Source: Planctomycetota bacterium | GTDB taxonomy: Bacteria > Planctomycetota > UBA8742 > UBA2392 | Assembly (NCBI GenBank): GCA_019636195.1 | Contig: JAHBYA010000006.1 | Location: 61,017 to 125,016 of the forward strand | Length of the DNA: 64,000 bases | Direction: 5' to 3' | Part shown: positions 43,976 through 53,872 of the stretch, in pieces | How the letters are laid out: each line of letters begins with the position of its first letter | Numbering within the stretch: the first letter of the stretch is position 1 | Translations under genes and position numbers: made by a program | The notes under the pieces: model-generated | Told to the model about the DNA's origin: nothing | Seen by the model: the letters and a program-made list of their open reading frames with translations, nothing else | Databases searched by the model: none

Positions 43976-46621
43976 ATGGCCGACCTTCAGCATTGGCACG
44001 CCATGCCTGCGCCCGACGTGTTGCGGGCGCTGGATGCGGTTGACGCGGGCCTGAGTAGTGCCGAGGCGCGCGACCGTCTGTCGCGCCACGGCCCCAACGA
44101 ATTGCCGTCGAAACCGCCGCCGCCCTTCTGGTGGGTCTTTCTGCGCCAGTTCAACAGCCCGCTGATCTACATCCTTGCCGCCGCCGCCGTGTTTTCAGTC
44201 GTGATCGGCGAGCACACAGACGCTGGCTTTATCGTGGCTGTGCTGCTGCTGAACGCGATTATCGGCAGCGTCCAGGAGTGGCGCGCTGAGAAGGCCTCCA
44301 GCGCATTGCAAAAATTGATCGTCACTCGCGCGACCGTCGTGCGCGACGGCGAGAGCCTTGAGCTGCCCGCCCGTGAGCTGGTACCCGGCGACATCGTGTG
44401 GCTTGAAAGCGGCAACCGCGTGCCCGCCGACATCCGCCTGCTGTCGGCCCACGGCCTTGAAGCCGACGAGTCGCTGCTGACCGGCGAATCGCTGCCCGTC
44501 AGCAAAGACGCGGCCTGGATCGGCCACGACCGCGCAACCTTGGGCGACCGCCGCAACATGTGCCACGCCGGCAGTGTGGTCGTGCGCGGACGCGGGCGCG
44601 GCGCAGTGGTGGCCACGGGCGCGAAAACCAGCGTGGGCGCGCTGGCGCTGGACGTGACCGGGCGCGAAGCCGGCAAGCCGCCGCTGCTGCTGCGCATGGA
44701 GAAGTTCACGAAGTTCATCGGCATCGCAGTGCTGGCTTCCGCGGCGCTGGTGGCGCTGCTGGGCGTGCTGGTCCAGAACAAGAGCTGGGGCGAAATGTTC
44801 ATGGCGGCCGTGGCGCTGGCGGTAAGCGCGATCCCCGAAGGCCTGCCGGTGACGCTTACCATCGTGCTGGCGATTGCGACTTCGCGCATGGCGCGGCGCG
44901 GCGTGGTCGTGCGCAAGCTGGCGGCTGTCGAGGGCCTGGGCAGTTGCACCATGATCGCCAGCGACAAGACCGGCACACTGACGGCCAACGAGTTAACCGT
45001 CAAGCTGGTCATGCTGCCCGACGGCCATGAGCTTGAAGTCGCCGGTGTGGGCTACGCGCCCGATGGCGCGATCGGCGGCGACGTTGCCCCCGCGTTCATC
45101 CGCGCCTGCGTGCTGTGCAACGAAGGCACGCTGCACCGTGCCGCCGACGGCTGGCACTGGCGCGGCGACCCGACCGACATCGCGCTGCTGGCGCTGGGCC
45201 ACAAGGCGGGCGTGACGCGCGAAAGCCTTGAGGCCGCGCACCCGCTGATCAACCAGATTCCGTTTGAGCCTGAGCGCAAGTACGCAGCGACGTTTCATCG
45301 CGATGGCGCAAACACGCTGTGCTGTGTGAAGGGTGCCCCCGAGCGCGTGCTGGACATGTGCACCTGGGCCAACAAAGGCGGCGACGCCGCCCGCGACGCC
45401 ATGGCAGACGCGGCAGCCAAGCTCGCGGCCCGCGGCTTTCGGGTGCTGGGCATCGCTGACGGCCAAAGCCAACCCGTCGATGCAGTTGCCGCGCCGCCCG
45501 AGCCCAGGGGACTTCGCTTTCTGGGCTTCGTGTGCATGATTGACCCGCTGCGCGATGGCGTCAAAGACGCCGTCGCCGCGTGCCGCAAGGCGGGCATCAC
45601 GGTCGCCATGGTCACGGGCGATCACCCGGTAACCGCGCTGGCCATCTCGCGCGAGCTGGGCATGGCGGAGCACCGCGAGCAGGTGCTGTCGGGCGTAGAA
45701 GTCGAAAAGTTGTCGGCCGAGCAGTTGCAGCAGCGCATCGCCGGCACGCGCGTGTTCGCGCGCACCAGCCCGCAGCAGAAACTGGCGATCGTGAACGCCG
45801 CCCGCGCAGCCGGGCACTTTGTCGCTGTCACCGGCGACGGCGTAAACGACGCGCCCGCGTTGCGCGTGGCCAACATCGGCGTGGCGATGGGCAAAAGCGG
45901 CACCGACGTCGCGCGCGAAGCCGCGGAACTGGTGATCAGCGACGACAACTTTGCGACCATCGTGGCAGGCGTAGAGGAAGGCCGCGTCGCGTACGACAAT
46001 TTGCGCAAGGTGATTTTCCTGCTTGTGAGCTGCGGCGCCGCCGAGGTTGTGCTGGTGCTGCTGGCGGTCGCCACAGGCTATCCGCTGCCCCTGCTGCCGG
46101 TGCAACTGCTTTGGCTGAACCTCGTGACCAACGGTATTCAAGACAAGGCGCTGGCGCTTGAGCCGCGCGAGGGCGACGTGCTGGACCGCAAGCCCAAGCC
46201 GCCCCACGAGCGCATTTTCAACCGGCTGATGATCGAGCGCGTGCTGCTTTCGGCCGTGGCGATGGGCGTTGCAGGTTTTGCGCTGTTCAAGGTGCTGCTG
46301 GACGGCGGCATGGACGAGTCGATGGCGCGCAACATTGTGCTGGCGCTGTTCGTGCTGTTTGAAAACGTGCACATCGGCAACGCGCGCAGCGAAACGCGCA
46401 GCTTGTTCATGATCTCGCCGCTCAAGAACCCGTGGCTGCTGGCGGCAGCGGCGGGCGCGTTTGCACTGCACTTTGCGTGCATGTACATCCCGTTCATGTC
46501 GAACCTGCTGGGTGCGTTGCCGCTGGACCTGGAAACCTGGGGCATGATCGCCGCCATCGCGCTGGGCCTGCTGGCCGTCATGGAGCTGCACAAGCTGATC
46601 CGCCGCAAGTGGCCGGTGTGA
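43976..46621 (+). CDS. P-type (P2) cation-transporting ATPase, Ca2+/Mg2+ type
   Basis: DKTGTLT phosphorylation site, PEGLP, TGDHPVTA, GDGVNDAPAL. 10 TM segments. Confidence 0.9.
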   Translation: MADLQHWHAMPAPDVLRALDAVDAGLSSAEARDRLSRHGPNELPSKPPPPFWWVFLRQFNSPLIYILAAAAVFSVVIGEHTDAGFIVAVLLLNAIIGSVQEWRAEKASSALQKLIVTRATVVRDGESLELPARELVPGDIVWLESGNRVPADIRLLSAHGLEADESLLTGESLPVSKDAAWIGHDRATLGDRRNMCHAGSVVVRGRGRGAVVATGAKTSVGALALDVTGREAGKPPLLLRMEKFTKFIGIAVLASAALVALLGVLVQNKSWGEMFMAAVALAVSAIPEGLPVTLTIVLAIATSRMARRGVVVRKLAAVEGLGSCTMIASDKTGTLTANELTVKLVMLPDGHELEVAGVGYAPDGAIGGDVAPAFIRACVLCNEGTLHRAADGWHWRGDPTDIALLALGHKAGVTRESLEAAHPLINQIPFEPERKYAATFHRDGANTLCCVKGAPERVLDMCTWANKGGDAARDAMADAAAKLAARGFRVLGIADGQSQPVDAVAAPPEPRGLRFLGFVCMIDPLRDGVKDAVAACRKAGITVAMVTGDHPVTALAISRELGMAEHREQVLSGVEVEKLSAEQLQQRIAGTRVFARTSPQQKLAIVNAARAAGHFVAVTGDGVNDAPALRVANIGVAMGKSGTDVAREAAELVISDDNFATIVAGVEEGRVAYDNLRKVIFLLVSCGAAEVVLVLLAVATGYPLPLLPVQLLWLNLVTNGIQDKALALEPREGDVLDRKPKPPHERIFNRLMIERVLLSAVAMGVAGFALFKVLLDGGMDESMARNIVLALFVLFENVHIGNARSETRSLFMISPLKNPWLLAAAAGAFALHFACMYIPFMSNLLGALPLDLETWGMIAAIALGLLAVMELHKLIRRKWPV

Positions 46622-46741
46622 CGAAAGAATCGCGGACTACTGCCGCTGGGGGCTGCGTTTGCGGGCTCCCCCACCGCCGGGGGCGATGCGCCCAAACCCG
46701 CTGAAAGTACAATGTTCGCGTGGTTCTGAAGGAGCAATGCC

Positions 46742-47020
46742 TTGAACCCGCATGACTGGGCGCGAGTCGGCTCGCCCCTGAGAGAGTACGACGCCGAGAC
46801 ACTTCGAGATCTTATCCACCAGGCCAGCTACCCTGCCCGGATCGAGCGATTGACCAACCCCTCCGAGATCGAGGACGGTCGCGCGTTCTGCGTGCTGGTG
46901 CGCCACGACGATCTGCCGTGCGCGCTGGCGATCCGCAATCGCAACTTCGACGGCCCCACACGCCGCCCCACCAAGCGCTGGCGACTGACCGGCCTGCTGC
47001 GCCGAAAGCCCGCGGCCTAG
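46742..47020 (+). CDS. Small domain-only protein, paralogue family member A (possibly DUF2007-like)
   Basis: TTG start with GAAGGAG RBS. Shares the motif DWARVG.PL.E.DAE.L.DLI.....P.RIE......EIE.GR...VLVR with the next two genes. Confidence 0.45.
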   Translation: MNPHDWARVGSPLREYDAETLRDLIHQASYPARIERLTNPSEIEDGRAFCVLVRHDDLPCALAIRNRNFDGPTRRPTKRWRLTGLLRRKPAA

Positions 47021-47028
47021 GAGCGACC

Positions 47029-47511
47029 ATGCAATCGACGGACTGGCACGACGTCGGCGGCCCCCTGATTGAACAGGACGCCGAGTACCTGTCGGACCTG
47101 ATTCGGGCGCAGGACTTCCCGTGCCGCATTGAGCACCGGCAAGACAGCACGGCAGCCGAGGCGGGCCGTACACACTTCGTGCAGGTACGACGGATGCACC
47201 TGCAGTTTGCCCGCGAAATTCGGGCCAACGAGTTTCCTGAGCCGGGAGACAAGCCGCCCAAAGAGTCCAAGCCCATGTCGCCGTTCACAGCGCGCCTGCT
47301 GAAATCCTGCGGTGCAGCGGCAGTCGGCATGTTGGCCGGGCTGCGTGTCGGCGCTAAACTTCGCGGCGGCGGCTTGGGCACGCTTTTGGGCGGGCTGGCC
47401 ATGGGAATTCTGAGTTTCGTGACAGTGTTAGTGATCAGCGGTCGCGCACAGGAGGGCAGCAGCAACGGCGCGACTGAAGTTTCAGACAGCGACAACAGCA
47501 AGAACGTTTGA
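47029..47511 (+). CDS. Small paralogue B: same approximately 80-aa N-terminal domain plus C-terminal hydrophobic/TM segment
   Basis: AGGAG RBS. N-terminal domain aligns with A and C. Gly/Ala/Leu-rich TM helix (AAAVGMLAGLRVGAKLRGGGLGTLLGGLAMGILSFVTVLVI). Confidence 0.5.
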   Translation: MQSTDWHDVGGPLIEQDAEYLSDLIRAQDFPCRIEHRQDSTAAEAGRTHFVQVRRMHLQFAREIRANEFPEPGDKPPKESKPMSPFTARLLKSCGAAAVGMLAGLRVGAKLRGGGLGTLLGGLAMGILSFVTVLVISGRAQEGSSNGATEVSDSDNSKNV

Positions 47512-47578
47512 CGCCGTGCCTGCTCTCGCATGACTTGACGGACTGCACCTGAAGCGGACGCGCGCCACAGGAGACACG

Positions 47579-48091
47579 ATGAAAGACACCGACTGGGCAC
47601 GCACCGGCGAGCCCCTGCTTGAACCCGATGCCGAGTACCTGAAGTCGCTGCTTGAGGCGGAAGGTTTCCCCGTTGACATTGTGCGCAGCGATGACGAACA
47701 CGAGATTGAGTCCGGCCGCTGCTACTTTGTGCGCGTGCAAGCCATGCACCTTCGGTTCGCTAAGCGCATCTACGCCAACACCTTCAAGCAGCGGGCCAAC
47801 GATGACGTCCAGCCGGGCGCACAAACCCTGCGCTGGCAGAAGCGCGAACTGATCGGCGCGGGCGCGGCCACCGGCGGGTGCCTGCTGGGCATACCCGTGG
47901 CGCTGATCTTCAAGGGCGGCGCGCTGATGGCTGTGCTTGCCGGCGGCGCGTTTTCGCTGATTGCGATGCTGATGACGCTGGTGATCACGGTCGGCAGCGG
48001 CGGCCCGCCCACGGTGCAGCAGCAAGGCGGCGGCGTGACAACAACGCACGTGGCAACACGTCGCGAATCCGGCGAGCGCCGCAAGGACTAG
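47579..48091 (+). CDS. Small paralogue C: same N-terminal domain plus TM segment
   Basis: N-terminal MKDTDWARTGEPLLEPDAEYLKSLL... aligns with A and B. TM-like GAGAATGGCLLGIPVALIFKGGALMAVLAGGAFSLIAMLMTLVI. Confidence 0.5.
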   Translation: MKDTDWARTGEPLLEPDAEYLKSLLEAEGFPVDIVRSDDEHEIESGRCYFVRVQAMHLRFAKRIYANTFKQRANDDVQPGAQTLRWQKRELIGAGAATGGCLLGIPVALIFKGGALMAVLAGGAFSLIAMLMTLVITVGSGGPPTVQQQGGGVTTTHVATRRESGERRKD

Positions 48092-49575
48092 CGCACAACG
48101 ATCATGAACTGGCGCTGGGCCGTGTTGCCCGCGCTGTCGCGCACCTGTACGGTAAACGTGTAGTTGCCCAGCGTGGTCGGCGTGCCGCTGATTGTTGTGG
48201 CGCCCGTATCCAACGGCGCCTGCGCCACATGGATCGGCGCGGTGGCCTGTGCCGCCAGCTCCGTGCATGTAAAAAGCCGCGTGCCGTCCGCGCTGTAACA
48301 GATCGCCTCATACTGCTGCCCACCCGGTACCGTGACAGCCGTGCCCGGCTGTGCAAACACGTCATCGAACACAAACCCCGCCGGCCGGCCGTACTCGCGC
48401 GCTGAGCCGTAGCCGCGCAGGATGACGCGGCGCCCGCAGGCGCTCACGTCGCCGCCGGTCAGCGTGCCGTCAAACGTGCCGGTTGCGCTGACGCTCGTCA
48501 GTGTCACGGGGTTGGCGCTGGTCCAGGCTGTGTCCAGCGGCATCGTGAACTTGTGCACGCGCGGCGCGGCTGCGGTCTTCTCGACCAGGTAGGGCGTGCC
48601 GCTGACCGGCTCAATGAACAGCGTCTCGCAATTCTGGCTGCCGCCGGGATATGTAAACCAGAACTCGTCATGCCCGACATTGATCGGCGCGCCGGGCGTG
48701 GACGGGACCGTCGGCTCAACGATGCGCAGCAGACAGCAGTTGGTGCGGTTCAGCGCGTTGTCGCCGAAGTCACCGATGAAAATGCAGTCCGTGCCGCCGG
48801 GGCCGGGCCCGATGGCGATATCCTCCCAGTCCACAGCCGTCGCGGTCACTGCGTAGTGCTGCAGCACGTTGCCCTGCGCGTCAATCGCGTAAAACTCCGG
48901 GCCCGCACCGCTGTCATCGTGGACCCAGAACACTCCCGGCTGGCTGCGGCTGGCGACCATGCCCGAAACTTCGGAAAGCCGCCCGCCGCCCAGGGACTGG
49001 TCAAGGTTGCCTGCAAAGCTGAACGCGCCCCAGTTCAAGGCGGCGTGCTTGCCGTCGAGCGTCAGGCCCGGCGGCAGCGCGGCTACAATGACGTGCCATG
49101 TATAGCCCGTGCCGGACCCGCCGGTCGCGTAAAGGTTCCGGTTGTACGGCGAGCCGCCGACCGCAAACGGCAGGATCGAAGTCGTGATCTGCAACGGGGC
49201 GTTGGCCAGCACAGCCAGCGAGAAGTTCTGGCGGTGGGTAAACGTGCCGAAGCTGAGGGTGATTTCAAAGCTGTAGCTGCCGACCGCGCTGGGCGTGCCC
49301 GACAGCAATCCGTCGCCCATGCTGCCGCTGAGCGCAATGCCGGGCGGCAGCGCGCCGCTGCTTACGGTCCACAGCAGTGTCGGCTCAGTGTTATGCGGGC
49401 CGTTCCACCACAGCGGGTGCTGGTAGGGCAGGTCTTTGCCAGCGGCCACGAGCACGCCCGGCGTAATCGCCAGCGTCACGCTGTCCACGGCGCCGGCACC
49501 GCCGCCCTCATCCTCTTGTTTGCAGGCAGAAATGGCGAGGCAAACAAGCAACAACAAGATGATCGTCCTGCGCAT
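48088..49575 (-). CDS. Lipoprotein with repeated putative Ig-like (LPPG...GTP..G.Y.F) domains
   Basis: Lipobox LAISAC. Three Ig-like modules (LPPGIALSG...GTPSAVGSYSF; LPPGLTL; GTPTTLGNYTFTV). 4-nt overlap with the convergent upstream gene. Confidence 0.55.
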   Translation of the reverse strand: MRRTIILLLLVCLAISACKQEDEGGGAGAVDSVTLAITPGVLVAAGKDLPYQHPLWWNGPHNTEPTLLWTVSSGALPPGIALSGSMGDGLLSGTPSAVGSYSFEITLSFGTFTHRQNFSLAVLANAPLQITTSILPFAVGGSPYNRNLYATGGSGTGYTWHVIVAALPPGLTLDGKHAALNWGAFSFAGNLDQSLGGGRLSEVSGMVASRSQPGVFWVHDDSGAGPEFYAIDAQGNVLQHYAVTATAVDWEDIAIGPGPGGTDCIFIGDFGDNALNRTNCCLLRIVEPTVPSTPGAPINVGHDEFWFTYPGGSQNCETLFIEPVSGTPYLVEKTAAAPRVHKFTMPLDTAWTSANPVTLTSVSATGTFDGTLTGGDVSACGRRVILRGYGSAREYGRPAGFVFDDVFAQPGTAVTVPGGQQYEAICYSADGTRLFTCTELAAQATAPIHVAQAPLDTGATTISGTPTTLGNYTFTVQVRDSAGNTAQRQFMIVVR

Positions 49576-49652
49576 CACAACAGCGTAGCACGCGACAGTG
49601 CCGCAATCGCGGGCGGCATGAGTTTGTTTAGCGAACGCGAGAAGGACGCCCG

Positions 49653-51713
49653 TCACTGCCCGGCAAGCTGGCCCATCTTGATATCGACTTCGTAGGTTTC
49701 GCCGTCGCGCCAGAACTTGAAGCGCACGATGTCGCCGGCCTTCTTGTTCGTGTTCAGCCAGACCTTGAAGTCCTGGGTCATGGTGCCGGGCTTGGTCACC
49801 GTGCCGTCGCTGTCTTTCTCGGCTGCGTGGCCGGCCTCGATGCCTTCATACTCGAGCAGCACGTCGCCGGCCTTCACGCCTTTGTGGTAGGCGTCGAACC
49901 ACGGACTTACGTTGCTGACGTACAAGCCGCGCTCGCAGCGCGTGTCCAGCAGCTTGTCGCCGGTCCAGAAGCCGGGAAACACGCTGTTCACGCCGATGGT
50001 GCGCGTGCCAAGGTGCTTGGGCGGGCCTTCGGGGTAGTTGATGGCATAGATTTTCACTTCGTGTTTCTCGCCGTCCTTGACCCAGTCCGGCGGCGCGATA
50101 CGAAAGCCGTGCTCGGGGTTGGGCGCGTAGCCCGTGCCGATCAGCCATTCTTCGCGAAAGTCCGCCTTGGTGCGCTGCCACAGCTTGCCATTGATGTAGA
50201 TCTCAATCTCGCAGGCCTCGGTGTTCAAATCGGGGTCGGCGGCCCAGCCGCGCAGCCACTTTTCGTCGGCATGCCAGAAGCCGCCCATCGGGTCGGTGTT
50301 TTCTTCCATGCGGTAGGTGCGCGGGCTGCCCTGCAGCTCGACCTTCGGCCCGTGGCCGTAGTTCAAGCCGTAGGCGCGAATCGTGTGCGTCTTGCCGTCC
50401 AGCAGCACCCCCGGCGTGGTTGTAACGAAACCGTGGTAGGGGTCGGGCGTCTGCTTGCTGTTGCGCAGGTTGTCGTGGCGGCAGTTTGCGGCGATGGTCG
50501 TGAACAGCTCGCCGTCAATCCAGATTTCAACGTCGTTGCTGCCCTGCCCGGCATCAGGGTCGTAGCTCCAGCCGGCAATCACCACGCGGTTGACGATCTC
50601 GAGGCGGCCGATCGGCGGCTGGTTGGCCAGGCCGCCGCGGTTGCTGACTACGCGGGGGCTGCCGTCGATTTCGTGCTCGGTGCCGTTTTGCAGATCGACG
50701 GCGTACACCTGCACCGTGTGCTCGGCGCCGTCGTTCAGGGCGTTGGGCCAATCCATTTTGAAGGCGCAGGTATCAACGGGCGCGATTTTGCGCTTGAGCA
50801 GTTCTTCGTTCTTCTGGTTGGCCTTCAGTTCGGCGACCTTTTCGCCGTCAATGCGCACGACCAGCGTTACCGGCTTCTTGTTGTCGTCGGGGTCCCAGGC
50901 GTAGCCGCTGATGCCCTTTTCGGGCGTGGCTTCTTCCAGCTTGCCGCGCGGGTTGGTGCCGATCACCCGGCTGCGCGGCGAGCCTGAAAGCTCGGTGCGG
51001 CCGTGCTGGTCTTTGCGAAACACGAAGGCGCGCACCATGTGCAGCTCGGCGTCCTGCAATTGCTCAGGTTTGTCGATGTTGAAGCGCCAGATGACACCCT
51101 GCTGCTTGTGGTCTTCGCGTTTGTCGGCGCGCACTTCATAGGCCGGCTTGTCGTCGATCAGCACCTCAATGAACATCTGCGCTTCGCGGTCGGCCTTGCA
51201 CACCACCCAGCCGTTGATGCGCGTGGCGCTGACTTCGCCCAGCGCGCCCTCAAGGTTGGGGTTGTGGTTCTGGCCTTCCACGGTTTCAACCAGCACCGCC
51301 TCGGGCTCGGCTTCCTTGGCTGCTTCCGCGGTGGCCTTGTCGCCGGCTTCGGCCTTGGCCGCTTCGGCCTTTGCGCGCTCGGCGTCTTTGCGGGCTTGCT
51401 CGTCCTGTTCGGATTTGCGGCGGGCGGCCTCGGCTGCGTCCAGCTCGGCTTGCATTGCGCGGCGCCGCTCTTCATCGGCGTCGCGCGCGTCGCGCTGGTC
51501 AGCTTCGCGGGCGGCCTTGGCGGCTTCGGCGTCGGCGGCGTCTTTGCGGGCGGCTTCCAGGGCCGCGGCCTCGACGTCGGCGCGGCGGGCGCGGTTGGCG
51601 GCGGCGCTGTCAGCACCAAACTGCTGTTCAAGCCACGGCCATGCCGCCATGCCGCCAAGCAGCAACGCCGCGCAGATGCCCACGCCGATCAACCACATCG
51701 ATCCCGAACGCAT
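49653..51713 (-). CDS. Membrane-anchored protein with Ala/Glu/Arg-rich coiled coil, four approximately 110-aa GWxxDPD repeats and C-terminal PDZ-like domain
   Basis: TM anchor MWLIGVGICAALLLGGMAAW. AEAARK-type coiled coil. Repeats GWVVCKAD, SGYAWDPDD, IAGWSYDPDAG, LRGWAADPDLN. PDZ-like GVKAGDVLLEYEGIE...DIVRFKFWRDGETYEV. Confidence 0.6.
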   Translation of the reverse strand: MRSGSMWLIGVGICAALLLGGMAAWPWLEQQFGADSAAANRARRADVEAAALEAARKDAADAEAAKAAREADQRDARDADEERRRAMQAELDAAEAARRKSEQDEQARKDAERAKAEAAKAEAGDKATAEAAKEAEPEAVLVETVEGQNHNPNLEGALGEVSATRINGWVVCKADREAQMFIEVLIDDKPAYEVRADKREDHKQQGVIWRFNIDKPEQLQDAELHMVRAFVFRKDQHGRTELSGSPRSRVIGTNPRGKLEEATPEKGISGYAWDPDDNKKPVTLVVRIDGEKVAELKANQKNEELLKRKIAPVDTCAFKMDWPNALNDGAEHTVQVYAVDLQNGTEHEIDGSPRVVSNRGGLANQPPIGRLEIVNRVVIAGWSYDPDAGQGSNDVEIWIDGELFTTIAANCRHDNLRNSKQTPDPYHGFVTTTPGVLLDGKTHTIRAYGLNYGHGPKVELQGSPRTYRMEENTDPMGGFWHADEKWLRGWAADPDLNTEACEIEIYINGKLWQRTKADFREEWLIGTGYAPNPEHGFRIAPPDWVKDGEKHEVKIYAINYPEGPPKHLGTRTIGVNSVFPGFWTGDKLLDTRCERGLYVSNVSPWFDAYHKGVKAGDVLLEYEGIEAGHAAEKDSDGTVTKPGTMTQDFKVWLNTNKKAGDIVRFKFWRDGETYEVDIKMGQLAGQ

Positions 51714-51817
51714 GGCCACAATGGTAATGCCGCGGGCCCCAAGGGCAAACACGATTGCCCGTTGATCCGCCGGATGTGAACAAGTGAAACACGTTACCTG
51801 CACTCTAGGAGAGCGCC

Positions 51818-52762
51818 ATGAAAGCGTTTGTCGCGATTCTTGCGGTTTGCGCCTGCGCGTCGCTGCCGGCGCAGGACCAGCTTGCGGTCTCGGGTACCGT
51901 AGCCGACGGGTTTGAGCGCGCAATTCTGGTCAACGTGAACTTTGGCGGCGCACCCCAGTCCCTGACCCTTACACTGAACATTGCCGCCACCAGCGGGTCG
52001 GCAGGACTGGATGTTGAACTGATCGACCTGGATGAACTGGCGGCCAACGGCAGCACCGCCGCAACCGTTGAAGACAGCGACCCGGGTACCGGCAACATCA
52101 TGCTGACGTTGCCCACGGGCAACTACAGCGGCACCCGCCAGTTCGCGATCCTGGTTTACACCAACACCAACGGCACGTCACCGTTTTCAGGCACGCTCAG
52201 CGAAGCGACTCTGGCGCCGGGGTCCATGACGCTGGCTGGACAGGTGACAAACAATGTCAGCGCGGTACCGGCGCGGCAAACCCTGTTTGACCGCAGCGCG
52301 CGACATGTGGTCGAACACCCGGGCGCGCGCACGACCACCAGCGATGTACGTGTCAACTTTGGCGGCGGCACACAAGCCGTCACGTTCTGGGTCAGCGCCA
52401 TCACCTTTGCGGGCGACACGACTGTCCAGGTGTACGAGATTGACAGCACCGGGGCTGAGCAACTCCTCGGCAGCACAGTCGCATCGGGGCTCGGCAGCAG
52501 CGAGATCAATGTTTCCAGTTCCGCCAGGACGGGCAACGTGACATTCCGGTTCAAGATCATCACTCCCGGCGCATCCATCGTGTCCGCGTATTGGGCAGTA
52601 TTCCCCGGCACGGTCAGCGTGTCCGGCTTTGCGGGCGGGGGCGGCGGCGGCGGCGACAAGGGCTCCTGCACAACCACCGGCGCTGGCTCCGGATGGCTGG
52701 CCGTTGCGGGTACTCTGGCCGCGCTGGTGCTGGGTTTGCGCCTGTACCGGACACGCGCGTAA
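51818..52762 (+). CDS. Secreted protein with internal duplication and C-terminal Cys/TM/Arg sorting tag
   Basis: AGGAGA RBS. Signal peptide. Duplicated VNVNFGGAPQ / VRVNFGGGTQ modules. C-terminal GGGGGGGDKGSC-TTTGAGSG-WLAVAGTLAALVLGL-RLYRTRA. Confidence 0.6.
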   Translation: MKAFVAILAVCACASLPAQDQLAVSGTVADGFERAILVNVNFGGAPQSLTLTLNIAATSGSAGLDVELIDLDELAANGSTAATVEDSDPGTGNIMLTLPTGNYSGTRQFAILVYTNTNGTSPFSGTLSEATLAPGSMTLAGQVTNNVSAVPARQTLFDRSARHVVEHPGARTTTSDVRVNFGGGTQAVTFWVSAITFAGDTTVQVYEIDSTGAEQLLGSTVASGLGSSEINVSSSARTGNVTFRFKIITPGASIVSAYWAVFPGTVSVSGFAGGGGGGGDKGSCTTTGAGSGWLAVAGTLAALVLGLRLYRTRA

Positions 52763-52800
52763 TCGCGCGCCATGGTCTTGCAGGCGCGCCCGCCGTCGCC

Positions 52801-53634
52801 ATGATTCGCGCCATGGACCTGAAGGGCAAAGTTGTCGTCGTTACGGGCGCGGGCTCGGGCATCGGCCGCATCGCGGCCCGCGACCTCGCCAAAGCCGGCG
52901 CGCATGTGCTGGCCATCGCGCGCAGCGAGGCGCGCCTGCAACCGCTGGTCGATGAAGTCAAGGCCCAAGGCGGCAGCGTACAGCCGCTGGCGTGCGACAT
53001 GTCGGTGCTGTCGGCTGTGCGCGAGGCGGCCGCGACAATCAGCGCCGCCCACGCGCAGATCCACGCACTGGTGAACAACGCCGGCCTGTGGGCAGACCAG
53101 CAGCGTGTAACGCCCGAGGGCCACGACGAAACACTGGCTGTGAACGCGCTGGCGCCGCACCTGCTGGCAAAGTTGCTGTTGCCGCAGTTGCGGGCGGCCA
53201 AGGGGCGCATCGTGAACGTGGCCAGCGAAGAACACCTGAACGGCGACATTCACTGGGACGACCTGAGCCTGAAGGGCCGGTACTCGCCGCGCCGCGCCTA
53301 CCGGCAAAGCAAGCTGATCCTGACCATGCTGTCGATTGCGATGTCTGAGCGCGAGCCTGACGTGCAGGTTAACGCGCTGCACCCGGGCATTGTGGGCACC
53401 AAGCTGTTCCGGAACTTCCCGCGCTTCATCCAGTTCTGGATCAACCTGTTGATGCGCAAACCGCAGGACGGCGCCAACGTGCTGACCTGGCATGTGCACT
53501 CGCCCGAGATGGGGGGCGTAACCGGCAAGTTCTACTCGCGGTACAAAGAGCGCCGCCCGCACGGCCTGGCGCTGGTCAAAGAGTCGCGCGAGCGCCTGTG
53601 GGGCATGGTCGAAAAGCTCACGAACGCCTCGTGA
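52801..53634 (+). CDS. SDR family oxidoreductase
   Basis: TGAGSGIG cofactor-binding motif, NNAG, catalytic YxxxK (YRQSK). Start may be 52813 (MDLKGK). Confidence 0.85.
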   Translation: MIRAMDLKGKVVVVTGAGSGIGRIAARDLAKAGAHVLAIARSEARLQPLVDEVKAQGGSVQPLACDMSVLSAVREAAATISAAHAQIHALVNNAGLWADQQRVTPEGHDETLAVNALAPHLLAKLLLPQLRAAKGRIVNVASEEHLNGDIHWDDLSLKGRYSPRRAYRQSKLILTMLSIAMSEREPDVQVNALHPGIVGTKLFRNFPRFIQFWINLLMRKPQDGANVLTWHVHSPEMGGVTGKFYSRYKERRPHGLALVKESRERLWGMVEKLTNAS

Positions 53635-53872
53635 TGTGCGCAACTACAGTCACAAGTCAGGTTCCGTCGCACAATTTTGTTTACAATTCGAGTTTCGATT
53701 CTGATTCTTGGATCATCAAGATTCAGTAGTTCTTGCAACGGCAAAATTGTGCAGTATGGGCATTAGCCGAATTCCTTTGCACCTAAACCGTTTTCGCTTC
53801 TCGCCCGTTGTGCAGGCGTGCCACACTTCAAGTAATTCCTGATTGTTGTCAGCACCTTGCAAGGGGACTGCC

